A DNA stretch of 61,475 bases, the filler included, from Basidioascus undulatus (taxonomy: Eukaryota): NCBI GenBank assembly GCA_000826855.1. It is 10 parts of 10 records of this genome, joined end to end, with 100 filler letters (N's around TTAATTAATTAA, not from the genome) between each part and the next. Parts side by side here need not be neighbours in the genome. Positions count along the whole stretch, not along the records: positions 49,439 to 53,388 come from JTLS01002279.1; positions 53,489 to 57,437 come from JTLS01002280.1; positions 57,538 to 61,475 come from JTLS01002281.1; 7 more parts are not named here. The stretch is one strand, 5' to 3'. Each line of letters begins with the position of its first letter. Position 1 is the stretch's first letter. The position numbers and the translations under genes are program-made. Below the pieces are notes generated by a model. It did no database searches and had not been told where the DNA came from. It saw nothing but the letters and a program-made list of their open reading frames with translations. Shown piece after piece: positions 49,439 to 61,475 of this stretch.

Positions 49439-51408
49439 TCAGCGTCTACTTTCCCTCCATTATCTTCCCCCTCTCCGTCCTTCGCACCAGCCCAAGCGAC
49501 CTGCCGCCCGCCCTGCACCGCAACTTCCACACGCCGCACCAGCGCGGGGGCGGCGCGCGGGGCAGAGGTATCGTAGATCTCGAGAGTGTTGTCGGGGAAG
49601 AGGACGGCGAGGCGCGGGAGGGCGGGGTGGCAGGCTATGTGTGTTGGAGTGGCGGTGTGGGGGAGTGAGGTCAGGGACATTGGGGGTGGGACGTTGGCGT
49701 GCGCGAAGGGAGTAAGGAGGGTGCGGGCTGGTGGTAAGGGTGGGGGTGTGAGTATGGGAGAAAGAATGAGGGAGGGAGGGCGAGGGAAGACCCACGACCA
49801 TCGATCACTGCTACGAGGCCGGAGGACGGCGCCGAGGCTGTGAGGGAGGGCGCGGCGTGCGTGTCCCAGGTGAAGGTGTGGGTGGTGAGGGTGTCTGCCA
49901 TTCTCCCACAACTCAGCTCAACTCTGCACTGCAAAGCAGAGAAGGGAAAAGAAGGAGCAGCGCACCTCGAGTCGTCACGCTCAGATGGAGAGTTTTCTCC
50001 GGGTGCCACGCGATCGAAGTAACCCCTTCCCCGTCTACTCGCATCTCCGCCTTGAGGTACCAGTGCCAGTTCCCCATGGTATACAGTTGGACTGTCCCAC
50101 CCTGCATCAGCCCCTCCTCTCTCTCTCTCCCCGCCTTCCGAACGCACCGAAGTCGCCGTCCCCCTCCTCCCCTTCCCCAACGAGCGCCAACACCTCGCCG
50201 CCCACAGCCCAGCGCATCTCCCTGACCCTTCCCCTGGCCCCAGCGCCGCGCACCTCAAACTCCCCATGCCTCAGCCCATTCCGCTCAAAAAAAACCACCT
50301 CGCTCCTCTGCTTCCCCTCCCCGCCGCCCTCGTACCCGTACCGCTGCACAGCCGCAATGAGCGGTGCCCCGCCGCTCGTGCGCCAGGCGAGGGGGTGCTC
50401 GAGCCCCGGGAGCGGAGCGGACGTGGATTGTAGGGCAGCGGTGCGCGAGTACACGCGGAGGATCCGCCCCGAGGTGGAGGGGGAGAGTGCGTCGAGCGTG
50501 GAGATGCTGAAGTACGCGGAGTCGGGGCGCCAGGTGATGCGCGGGAGGCGGTCGTCGTAGGGCGAGGCTACAGAATGCACTTGGGAGGAGGTTCCAGCTG
50601 CCGCGGCCGCCTTGCCGAGCGAGCCGTGGAACTGCGTGGATTTCGACCCCCAGCCGACGTTGATGGGCTCGTCTGCTCGGGGGAGGGGGTGAGTGTGAGA
50701 GAGAGAGGGGGGAGGAGGGAGACGGCACCGACCTTGGCCGAATTCGGAGGAGCGCAGGGGCGACTCGGAGAGGACGTCGAAGGAGGACGTCATGAGGAGG
50801 ACCTTGTCCGCTGCGCTGACAAGCGCGAGGAGCTCCTCGTCCGGACTCCATGAGGCGGCCAGCACGCCGGGTTCGACGGTCCCTACGATGTCGGCCTGTC
50901 ACAAACACCCACCCCATGATGCCGTTTTCAATGAATGAAACCAGGACGGGAAGAGGGAAACGGCGCACCACCGGCGGAAGGTCGTCGGATACGGCGATGA
51001 GCGCGATGTCACCTGAGCGGGTGATCGCGCAAAGGGAGGCATCGGAGGGGATGTAGAAGAGCGAGACGAGCTCGTGTGGCTTGGACAGGCCGGCGGGGGG
51101 AGTTTCCGACGAGGAGGGGGTGGTGAATGTGCAAAGCAGCTGTGCGGGCCGGCTCGCCATTCAGCTTGTCTGTCTCCCTCCTTCGATCCAAGAAGGATAT
51201 GAAAAGAGAAACGCACCTCGCTCTTCTCCTCGTCCTCCCGCACCCTGACGATCCCAACCTCGACCATACCGCCTCCCTCCTCTTCCGTGCGCTCCCAAGC
51301 GACGAACGTCGACCCGGACTCGACGTCGATGCACGTCGCGCTGAGCGTACCGCTCGTGGGAACGGGTATCTGCGATGTGTCGGATGATAGTTGCGTGAGA
51401 GACCGCAT
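49439..51408 (-). CDS. ELP1: Elongator complex subunit 1 (IKI3), 5' part
   Basis: ASWSPDEELL, NVGWGSKSTQFHGS, ITWRPDSAYFSIS, VVFFERNGLRHGEF, VQLYTMGNWHWYLK. Truncated by a gap. Confidence 0.95.
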
Positions 51409-53488
51409 GATTGCGGGCGTGAGAGGGCGCAGGTGATGGGTTGGTGGAGATTTGGAAAGTTGGGAGGCAGCGGCGAGAGAAGACGGTGAGCCGGGAGAGC
51501 GGGGTGCGGCGCCAAACAACTGAGGATGGGCAGGCGCATTGCTCGCTTCACCGAATGCGAGCGGTATCGCCAGCACACTTTTGCTAGAATCTGTTTCATA
51601 TAAGACTGATAAAGGGAATAGCAGCTTAATTCAAGAGCCTCATTGCGTCTTGTTGTCTGGCTTGTGTCATTTGTGAGTCGCATACAACGCGACACGGCAG
51701 AGTCACCGCAAAAAAACTGTTGCCATGGACTGATCCGGACCTCACACAACTGCTCTGGAAATTTTATGACCTCGCACCATGGAGGACGCATGTTGACTCA
51801 GAGACTCTGGCCTTTACAGCGAGCGAGTCACTATCCAATCTCAAGCTGCATGTGTGCACGCGGCAGTGTACGCCCATATATATCGACGCCCATGTATATC
51901 CACATTTGGTTGCAGTCCATGAAGTGACGGCAAACGACTGCTGAGCTGATATTGAGAGTTCATCACCGTAAAATTTCACCTGGCAGCTGCACTGCAGTAG
52001 TGCAGTCCTGCCAGCCACCTCGCTGAGCGGCTGCTTGCACTGCCCGATAACGACATGGACGTGTTCAACTCGCGACGCGCCCTATTTCTCTCCTCACCTC
52101 CCACCTCCCTACCCTCCTGCCATAGAAATACTCACACCAAATCCCATCCCATCGATCAAACATCCCCGCGTGCATGCCCTCCACCGTCCGCCCCAAGCAT
52201 ACCAAGCTTCCCGGCCCGCCCTCCCTCGACCGCACGCATCGGCGCGCACCTCGCCCTTCGTAACCTCATTTCGACCTGGCCGTACTGCACGGGTGTCATA
52301 GACGACACCTCCACGGTCCGGGGGCTCTGCGCCGAGAACATGCACCCGAACGAGAATCTTCGCGTATGTCGCCGTCGAGACGCGCTTTGCGCTCGTCCGC
52401 TTCTCGCCGCTCTGCGCGCTCCAGCCCGAACTCCTCCTGGACGACCTGTTCGGCGCAGTCAAGGGGTCACGAAACATGGTCAAGTTTTCCCCGATCGAGA
52501 TCATCGTGTTCCAGCCCTCCCCACGGGGGGAGTTCCCAAAGCGTCGCGGATCGATGGACCCAGAAGTTTATAGCCTTTACCGAAGACCCCCGAGCAGGGC
52601 GTGCCCCTGAAGCTGTACATCCACCCCGACAAGCTCAACAGAGCCCGCTCTGGCTCGATTCGGCGAACGGGGACGATCACCGTCCTGCGCGCGGCGCGCT
52701 CGTCCATCCTCACGCTCGACTCCTCTGCCGAGACCAACGAATCCATGCCTCGAGCTCTGTACGAGCTCCCCGGGTTCATGTGGATATTCACCTCCCGGAT
52801 CTTGCCTGAAGTTCACCTCCAATACTCGGTCGACCGCCCCTGCCCGCCGACCCCACCTCGACGAGACCTCCCGCCTACTCGTGCAGCACAGCAGACTCCA
52901 AACGCTGCGGGAGCAGCTCCTGCCTTTCATCGATGGCCTCGCCCCCGGTAATCTGGACGTTCAAAAGGAAGCAAGGATACGCGTGTTCAACCACCTTGTG
53001 CAGTTGGAAGGGGCCAGGGACCTGTTCGGTGTGCGGGGAAGTTAGTGCGGCGAGGTGCCAGGAAATCATTGTCCGCGACAGCGATATGCCCGTTACGGAG
53101 GACAGATGCACGGGCTTTTCATGGAGTAAGGAGTCTGTTCGGACTTGTTGTACCTGTGTAGAAATAGACATTGCAAGCTGCCCATATGCCGACTTAGTGA
53201 CAAGCCGAAGAAGCGAGAAGGCGCGTGCTTGCGCTCACAACCTTCACCTTTCCCCTTACCCAGCCTACAACACGCAACCGCCTCGCCGCGTCCCACACGC
53301 AGCCTTTCCGCAGATCGCACCTGGTTCGCATTCTATCTTCCCTCCGGCCCCTCCCTATACACATCCTTCCACTTCCCCCCCAGCGCCTNNNNNNNNNNNN
53401 NNNNNNNNNNNNNNNNNNNNNNNNNNNNNNNNTTAATTAATTAANNNNNNNNNNNNNNNNNNNNNNNNNNNNNNNNNNNNNNNNNNNN

Positions 53489-55137
53489 TCCTTCTCCTTC
53501 TTCCGCTGACGCTCCTCCTCCTCCTTCCGCTCAGCCTCCGCAGCAGCGCGCTCCTCCTCATCGCGCCTGCGCTGCTCCTCCTCCTCCGCGCGACGTGCCT
53601 CCTCCTCGAGGCGCTTGCGCTCCTCCATGGCCGCACGGAGCTGGGCGAGGGCCGCGTTCGGTTTCTTGCCCTTCGGCTTCTCCTCGACCTTCGGCTCGGC
53701 AGCCTTCTTCTTCTTCTTTTTCTTCTTCTTGTCGGCTGCGATGGAAAGTAATGGTTCACGAAATTAGTGAGTCAGGACGTGTGATTAAAACCGAAAATGT
53801 CAGGATAGCGCGTACCAGCGCCACCGGCACCGCCCTCCTCGTCGCCCTCCTCGTCCTCTCCAGCCTCGGCGGCAGCCTCGGCCGGTTCAGCCTCGGCGGC
53901 AGGAGTAGCCGGCTCGGAGACTTCGGAAGGAGACGCCTCGGCACCGGCCGCAGCCTTCTTCGCGGCGGCCTGCGCCTTCTTCTTGGCCTGCGGTGGCGAA
54001 CGAGACGTGGGATGAGCACACTCCTCTTATTGAGAGGTAGTAGAATCTATCGCAAACCTTCTCCTTCTCCTTCTTCACCCTCTCCTTCTCCTTCTTGGAG
54101 AGCACTGCGCGAAGAGCAAATGGGTGAGACCGACACCTCCGGCTGGGAATGCGAGCGGAAACACGTACATCGAGGGGCGCCATCGTCGTCCTCCGCACCG
54201 GGCTCCGCCTCCTCCTTCGCGGGCTTCGGCGCAGGCGAAGCTGGCTGCCCCCAACAACCTCATCACGTCAGCCCCACCATAACCAACGTCGAGCCTGCCG
54301 CAGTCCGCAAAACGACGGCGACCCACCTTTGCCTCCTTCTCCACCTTCAGGTCCTCCACCTTCTCCGCCAGCTCGTCCACCTCGTCCTCGTCCTCGTCAG
54401 CAGCGGCCTTGCCCTTCTTCTTGCCGCCCTTCTTCTCCTTCTTGCCCTTCGCCTTCTTGGGCTTCTCGTCGATCGCCCACTCGTCCTGCATCACCACGCC
54501 ACCGCAATGAGCCCCCTACTCCGCCCCCAGACCCCCGTACAATGCGGGTGCAATACGTACCTCGGCAGACGCAGCAACGCCACGTGAGGGCGGGGGCACA
54601 GCGGCAGCCTCGGTATCAGAACCCTCGCCAGGGGGCGCGCCGTCCTCGAAAGCGGTCTCCTTCATGCCCTTCTTCTTCTTGTCCTTCTTGGAGGACTGTT
54701 TGATGGCGCTCTGTTGCCCCCCACGCTCATTCGTCAGCGCCGCCTCCCCTGCGCGCCATCTCTACCGCCGTCTGGACACACCATCAACCCGCCAAAGTCC
54801 TCCTCCTCATCCTCCGCCTGGACCGGCTTCGGCGCCTCCGGCTCAGACTCGGGCTGATCATCGTCGTCCTCGCCCACATCGAGCGCGGCGAAGCCCGAGA
54901 ACGCGCCGACCTTCTTTTTGCCCTTGCCGCGGGCGGCGGGGGCAGGAACGTCTTCGTCCGAGGGGAGAGCAGAGTTCTCGAGAGAGTTGGGGATAGACTC
55001 GCCGGCGGTCTCCCTGTACAACAGACTCACGTCAACATTGATCTGCTCGCTGGTGGTGTGAAGTGGGAGTGGGAGGCGGAGACTCACCAGTAATCGTCGT
55101 CATGCTTCTTCTTGTTCCCCTTCTTTTTGGGCGGCAT
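53489..55137 (-). CDS. FUN12: Translation initiation factor eIF5B, charged N-terminal region
   Basis: MPPKKKGNKKKHDDDYW, EEDFGGLMSAIK, VLSKKEKERVKKEKEK, LAQLRAAMEERKRLEEEARR. The GTPase domain is not in this contig. Confidence 0.8.
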
Positions 55138-56486
55138 TGCGTGTGCTGGAGTGGGGAAAGCGTGTAGCTATGTGTGTTAAGCCCTCAGGTGGGTAAGGAA
55201 GGCGAGGGTGAGCAAGTGGTGGCGAGAAGGAGGAGGCAAGTTCCAGAGGAAGCGAGGAAGCATGTTGCCTGCAATTGCTGCTATCGGTCAAGCATTGACT
55301 TCTAAACACCGATATTACATGGGCCGCCTCCGTGCGTCTTCCCCTCCCGCCACCATTCCCTCGTTTATTTGAGCTCACGCACCGCACACTCTTTTACGTG
55401 ACCTGCTCCAGTCGATCGCAGATGCCCGCACAGTGCGTTGGGCCTGCGCTCGCGCTTCCTGTCCGCATTGTGCGCGCTCTGCCATGCCTCTAGGCGACCC
55501 TCTCCCTCCTATGTCTCCCACGTCCCACGGCTCCCACAGGCCTCGGTCCGCCTCCTCCTTGCGCGCACACACACTCCACACCTTTTTCAAGAAATCCTGA
55601 TTCCACCCGCCCCTTCCCCTCGATTGAGGACAAGTGCGCGCTCAAAGTGTCCTTCACGGACGAGTCCGGCAACATCGACCACAGCGCCAGCAAAGGCAAG
55701 GGAAAGCGCTCCTCGCCCTGGCATGCACCCCCATCCGACGCGGCTACGCGCACGTCCCCGCGCCCAAGCCCACGCGGGGGTTCAAAGCCGCGCCGGACGC
55801 GTGCCTCGCGCAGTACATACAGTATCTCGGGCAACGTCCACCGCGCGCGGAGGATGATGCATGAGGCTATGAGTGCGGAGGTTGGTTGGGCGTCAGCAGG
55901 GTGGGAGGAGTGCGAGGGGTGGAGGGGAAGGGAGGAGCGGGAGGCGAGGGAACTTGCGGGGAGGGAGAGGAGGAGGGCGAGGGCAAGGGCAAGGGAAGGA
56001 ATGATGGGAAGGCGAAGGACAAGGGGAAGAGGAAGTGGGAGAAGGACAAGGATGGGAGGAGGACGAGAACGCGGTGGGTGAGGAGCTGGTCATCTTGCCG
56101 GCGTACCATGATGACCCGCGGCAGATGGAGGGGTGGAAGGCATACACGGTGTGGAGTGTCCGGGGTGCAGGTGGCCGATTTGAGGGGAGGTGAGGAGGGA
56201 ACGCGGGTGACTCCTTGTGATTTAGGGCGTAAGGATTAGGCGCAATGCTGTAGGGTGTGCCCCCTTCTGGTTTCACCATAATATGAACAAACTTGGTCCC
56301 ATTGACCTGCATGCCGGAAGCTGGATGGAGATCACGGTGAAACCAGTTCATGGATCATACATGCACCTCAAATCAGAAAGCACAATGGCCAGTCTACCTC
56401 TGTTAAGCTGCACCCTATGGTTACAATGTAGCCTGCTGAATGAATCGACAATAGCTGGTGGGCTCCGCATGTAGAGCTTTCTTGCT

Positions 56487-57437
56487 TTAGAGGAAGGGCT
56501 GCAGTTGGGCCACAGGCTCCTTCATTAGTGCTACAGATACAGTGCTGTGCTGCTGTGCTGAGACTGCATGAAGTGATAATGTAGAATTATCTGCTGTCAT
56601 GTCTTCCGTGTGGATGCAAACAGCCTTGACCTCCTTGTTGGCAATGAGGTCCCAAAGGTAGTAGTGGTACTGTGTCTGGATGTGCTTGCTGCACTGGTGA
56701 AACACTGACTTCTGAGCAAGCATGTTCACACCCTAGTTGTCACCAAAGAGAACCATTGTCTTGAGCCTCTTGGTTGGCTCAGTGGATGCACAGTTGGTCT
56801 CAGAGAAGAAGGAGCAGAGGAACATGGCTTCCTTCCTCCAGCATTGATAAGTGCAACATACTTGGACTCTGTGCTGGAAGTGGAGACTGCTTGCTGGACA
56901 CCCAGAAGATAGCACTGCTGGCAAGGAGGAAGACATCATGATGGTGATAGGCCTGTGTGGACTAATCTACTTGTTGTGATGAAGTGCTTCCCACAGGAAA
57001 CCTGAAGCAACAAGATTTGATATTCATAAGACTGGCATGATCTGCTGGAGGTATCTAATCAAATGGCCTGCTCAAGATCCCAATTTGTAGAATGTCTGAT
57101 CTGTCAGAGGCAGTTTTCACACATGGAAACTGCTGCCTTTCTTGTCTTCTTGTTATCAATGTCGCTTTCTTCCCCTTCATCCAATTCCTCTCTATTTGGC
57201 GCTTTACTTTGTCTCCACTCTTTGCCCTCCATCCTTTGCCCTTCTTTCACCTTTTGATTGCATGTGACTGCATTGACCTTCCTGATCACATTGTCCACTT
57301 TCCTGCAATCACATTGTCTACTTGTGTGAGGATACACCCTTTGGTGGAGGAAAGGGTGTAGCCAAGGACTAGGGAGTGAGAGTGTAGGACTAGAGGAGAT
57401 GATGGTGGTTGGGATTCAAGTTGGTTGAGGGCCAGCC
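56487..57437 (-). mobile_element. Heavily mutated Ty1/copia RT-RNase H relic
   Basis: LFGDN*G...VFHQCSKHIQTQYHY.WDLIANKEV..VCIHTEDMTAD (copia RNase H) and ILTQVDNVIAG (degenerate YVDD region). Contains stops and frameshifts. Confidence 0.8.
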
Positions 57438-57539
57438 NNNNNNNNNNNNNNNNNNNNNNNNNNNNNNNNNNNNNNNNNNNNTTAATTAATTAANNNNNNN
57501 NNNNNNNNNNNNNNNNNNNNNNNNNNNNNNNNNNNNNAG

Positions 57540-57612
57540 ATCAGGGGGTTGCAGGTTCGATCCCTGCGTCGGTCACGGCCGGCTGGCTCAATGGTAGAGT
57601 ATCTGACTACGA
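57540..57612 (+). tRNA. Candidate circularly permuted tRNA-Arg(ACG): 3' half (nt 38-73) at 57540-57575, 1-nt spacer, 5' half (nt 1-37) at 57577-57612
   Basis: The halves assemble into a full cloverleaf: acceptor GGCCGGC/GTCGGTC plus A73, D arm GCTC-AATGGTA-GAGT, anticodon arm TCTGA-CT-ACG-AA-TCAGG, variable loop GGGTT, T arm GCAGG-TTCGATC-CCTGC. Confidence 0.75.
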
Positions 57613-57615
57613 CTC

Positions 57616-57621
57616 TTTTTT
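57616..57621 (+). terminator. Pol III T6 terminator directly after the tRNA-Arg 5' half
   Basis: ACG-A-CTC-TTTTTT. Confidence 0.75.
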
Positions 57622-57858
57622 GCATGTCATAAATCTGTCGCATTCAGAAGATAGCCCCCTACAAAACATTATGTTGCATTTATAGTGAAGTAGGTGTCCC
57701 GTTGTTGTCCATCATGCTCCAGACAGCGGCCAGGTCGTCTGGTGCAGTTTGCCCTTCAACCACTACTGTCATTCACGACGCAGAGTCCGCCCGGATCTGC
57801 TCCTTGCGCTCATCTCTCGCATCGTGTTCTCACCTACAAAATCAACTTTTCGCACATC

Positions 57859-58829
57859 ATGTCCATCTCGATCCCACTCGACATAGTCGGTAGGGTCGCC
57901 GAGCAGCTCGCCACTTCCTCCCACCCACTGGCGGACGGGCGACCCCCCGAGGTCGTGGAGACGCTTCTTGCGCTGACACTGGTTTCACGAGACGTAAGGG
58001 AAATTGCTTTGCCCCACCTTTATCACTCAGTGTGCGGGTCGTCGGCCCTGTCGCTTACCGGTGCGGTCCCGCCCTCCGGACGGCCGCTGCACCTCTTCGA
58101 GTCGCTATGATCAACGAACTCTACGACATGATGCTCCCGCTCTCGGAATCGGGTCGTCGCAATGTTTTGCGGAGGTTCGAGGAGGCCTTCGACGCTATGC
58201 TGCGAATCTGGGCCGCCTTCTCATTTCGTTCGACTGGTTGGACCTCTTCGAGCCACACCCCGAGCGATGGAGTATTGGTGACAAAATCATCACTCCTGTA
58301 GCGTGCCCCAAGCTCGAGGAGGTAGCAGTCATCAGTCTAGGACCATCGCCTGCTGTTAGCGAGACGAGCTGGACTTCCACTGTGTCGCTACTTTGCGAAA
58401 TCGCGGCACAGCCGGCCGCAGCTACTCTTCGTCGGCTCTGCTTCACCTTGCGCAAGGCGTTCTGGATCAATGAGAAGTTTCACTTCCGCGACTTACCTCC
58501 TTGACTCACCTCGTCCTGCTACAAGCAGATTCCTCTGCGATATTCTCACAAGGTCTAGATATTCCGGCCTTTCTCGCTATGCCGGTTCTGGAGCATCTTC
58601 TCGTCATGTACCCCGACAACATGAGCCCTCGTCGTCGTTTAAGATCTCTCCATGGTTCTTGCAAAGGCAGAAGCCTTCAAGTGTGAGTACGTCGGATCGC
58701 AGGCGTCCCGGGTAGAACTCCTGGGATTCGGCAGCGGCGGTAGGTGAAGCGGTGCTAGACGCGTTGCTGGACGGTACAATATGGGACATGGAGGGCATGG
58801 CTTTGGCGGAGGTGCTGGGGACGGACTAG
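57859..58829 (+). pseudogene. F-box/LRR-like gene with several frameshifts
   Basis: MSISIPLDIVGRVAEQL...LLALTLVSRDVREIALPHLYHSV, then CPKLEEVAV, TLRRLCF, LTHLVL and VLEHLLV in shifting frames. Confidence 0.55.
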
Positions 58830-59066
58830 CCCGATGGAGGACACGCATCGCTGGTAGCTTGTTTCTTGGGTCGTTGTTCGCGGGGACGGCGGTGGTGGTA
58901 TGTGGGAACCTGGCTTGTTGACATGACTTCAGCCCTTCGTCTAGCTTCGGCAGGTCTATACATCACATATAATTATTTTCAGTCAGCATAGGGTGGTGTT
59001 TTGGTGTCTGTTGAGCTCGCGTACTCATCCAAGTTGCAGCACCAGACAGCAACCTAGCAGGTTTCA

Positions 59067-59106
59067 TGAAACCTCAATGCAACGGCTGAAACCTCAATGC
59101 AACGGC
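59067..59106 (+). repeat. Perfect 20-bp tandem duplication (TGAAACCTCAATGCAACGGC x2)
   Basis: Seen directly. Confidence 0.9.
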
Positions 59107-61475
59107 CCGTGGAGCTTTCATGTTATAAATGGTGTTAAAGGCGCCAGATGAGCAGCCACACTTGTGCGTAGGAGCAACCCAATGTAAAGTAATTCTGGAC
59201 CGGACTGCCCGCATCGACGAAGCTCGTATACGAGGTCATCGTGCGCTTGCGCTTCGCGACTGTCGACCCCCCTATGGGCCTCGCACAACCTTCAAGATTT
59301 GCAGTACAAGCGACCAGAAGACCCCTTCTGGCTCGTCTCATTATCAGTGTCGGTAGCTTCAGGGGAATGGAGCTCAACAGTCGATCTCTGTGGATCGCAG
59401 GGTGCTATCGTGGACTCGGCCGGGTGGTAGATATACTAGCTTCAACTGGAGAAGGGTATATATACAAGGTGAAGTTTATACAAGTGCCCACGAAGCCTCC
59501 TTCTTCACAGGCCGCTTGCTATGCAGCTTACTGTAAGGATCCGTCGCAGCACCACGCGTGCGCGGACGCTGAAGCGACGGTTGGGTGGGCACAAGACACG
59601 GTTGAAACGGCCAGAGTACTTTCAGTTCCTCATGAATATGTGTTTTAGGAAGAGCAGCCAAGACGCAAGAGTGAAAGCCCATGGACAGCCGTTGTCCAGC
59701 CATGCAGGACAACGCGGAGGGCAGTTTCAGGCTTGCACGTGTGATTTGGGCCACTGGAGCAGGCTCCTTTGCTGCCTTGAAGAACTATGCATGTTAGTAA
59801 GAGTTCAGAATTTCCTGAACATAGCCAGTTTTACCTTCCGGCTTGGCTCGAGTGTGCGGCCTAGCCAGCCTGTACACTGTGTTGAGCCAAGTGAACGCGA
59901 AGTGGCTGAACGAGGCACTCGACAGTTTTCATGTAATGCCGCATTAGTTCTGAACTGTACATCAATCGGTCTACACGAAGGTCTGCAGCGGGTCGACTAG
60001 GCTCGACGCTGTTCGCCATGGAAGTTTTGAAACGGCAGCGACAGCTGAACTCGCTCGAAATGTGGTTCAACTACCTCACGAGCGCCTCTGTGATGCTCAA
60101 ATGTCCACCCGATATCATTACTATATTTCAAGGCTTTGAACTGAGTGAGGTAGCGAAGACACCAACAAGCTTGACCCAGCCGTTTCAGTCACTGCCAGCC
60201 AGCCGATCCGACTTCCAAGCCTCTCAGGACCGAGGATTTCATGTTAACGGAAAGAACAGTGATGTTCCAAAACGAAACAGAACTTGCTGTTTCGCAAGGT
60301 ATTTCGATGCCCGAGCTGCCGGTCGAGCTCGAGCGATTGGAATGCCTCCGAGATCGCAGCGCGTTGGAATGCTGACCATCAACCGTGACGACCTCCCCTC
60401 AGTCCCTCAAGTCTTCTCCATTCTCCGCCCGCCCTCCTCTCCTCCTCGTCCTCCCAGTCTTGTCCCTGAATCCTACACCGGGCAGCTTAGATTGGGATTG
60501 TGCAGCCCGCTCGCTCGGATAGAGGCAGCGCAGCAGGCCCCTCCGCGGAGATCGAGCTCGAGGTGCGTGCCTTGACCTGTCTTGTCTTGTCTGGCTGCTC
60601 TGGCTCTGTACTGGGACCTGGCTGCGCCTGCACCGGATACGGAAGTCAGAGGTGTTTGGGTGGCCATCTGCACATGTGAGCGCGCTCAGGGGATACTACT
60701 GGGCCTGCCTGCTCTCCACCTCTGCTCAAGCTCCGCACCAGTCTCCGCCCGGACCTCCCGAGATGCTAGTCCCCATTCGATCCATCTCCATGCCCACCAC
60801 CACTCACCCACACACACCACCACGACACTCATACTCAGCAGGGAGGAAGAGGATGCTGACATGTCTGCGGCCGATGGCAGCCCACGCGATGGAGCGCCCC
60901 TCCATCTCGTACGAACCAACGCGCCCCGTCCGCCGCCAGCCGTCGCAGGACGAGTGGATCGTCCTACCCGACCCGACCCCGCAGGACGAGGCTGAGGAGT
61001 GGGACCTCGCCAGCCCGCGCGGTCGCAGACGCTTCAGTGCTAGGAGCAGTCTCGATCTCCTCAGGCGTCGGCCGAGTCGGAGTAGCGGCGCTGTGGGAGA
61101 GGCGGGAGGCAGCAGTAGGCCCGGCACGGCGCCGGAGATCGGGTACGGCGGGATGATGGGCGCGAGCGTGTCGACGCCGACGCTGTTGGGCAGTGCAGGG
61201 CGGCTCCTTTATCCCACCCCCAAACGCGCGAGCTCGCCGTCCCCCCACCGGAGGTCCACGACGCCCACGCCCACGCCGTCCGGGTCCTCGCCGACATACT
61301 ACTCCCCCACCTCGACCTTCTCCCGCCTCCTGCACCCCGCGCCCCCACTCTCAGCGTCCTCTGTGCCCCCACCTCGCCGCAACTCTCGCTCGGCCGACAC
61401 GACCGAGCCTCTGCCCACGCTGGAGCACGCGTCCTACTCGCCCTATTCACCCTACACCGGCCTGCCCCCTCCCCC

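Noticed and set aside
52055..53220. Fragmented ORFs with a Cys-rich end
   Set aside because: Possibly a decayed gene, but no family is recognisable.

Overview
GC-rich, intron-rich fungal DNA. The splice signals (GTGCGT/GTACGC/GTCAGT donors, CTGAC/CTAAC branch sites) and the proteins point to a basidiomycete, probably a Pucciniomycotina yeast (inference). Bases 1-24995 are one contiguous stretch. The rest is nine ~3.95-kb contigs joined by artificial N44-TTAATTAATTAA-N44 linkers, so adjacency across gaps carries no information. Recognisable genes: ADAL-type deaminase, kinesin-7-like motor, cytochrome P450, a single-pass membrane protein, SPC1, a CDF metal transporter (5' part), a Costars protein, a bHLH-ZIP factor, a thioredoxin-like protein, TFA1, ORC3 (last exon), an arrestin-domain protein, ELP1 (5' part) and eIF5B (5' part). 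Also present: three intron-containing tRNA-Pro(AGG) genes, decayed F-box, MYND and GH32 genes, and two Ty1/copia relics. The most striking observation is at 57540-57621: a complete tRNA-Arg(ACG) encoded 3' half first and 5' half second, split exactly at the 37/38 intron position, with a 1-nt spacer and a T6 Pol III terminator. It is a candidate circularly permuted tRNA gene in a fungus. Its leader lies in an assembly gap, so a tandem-duplication explanation is not yet excluded.
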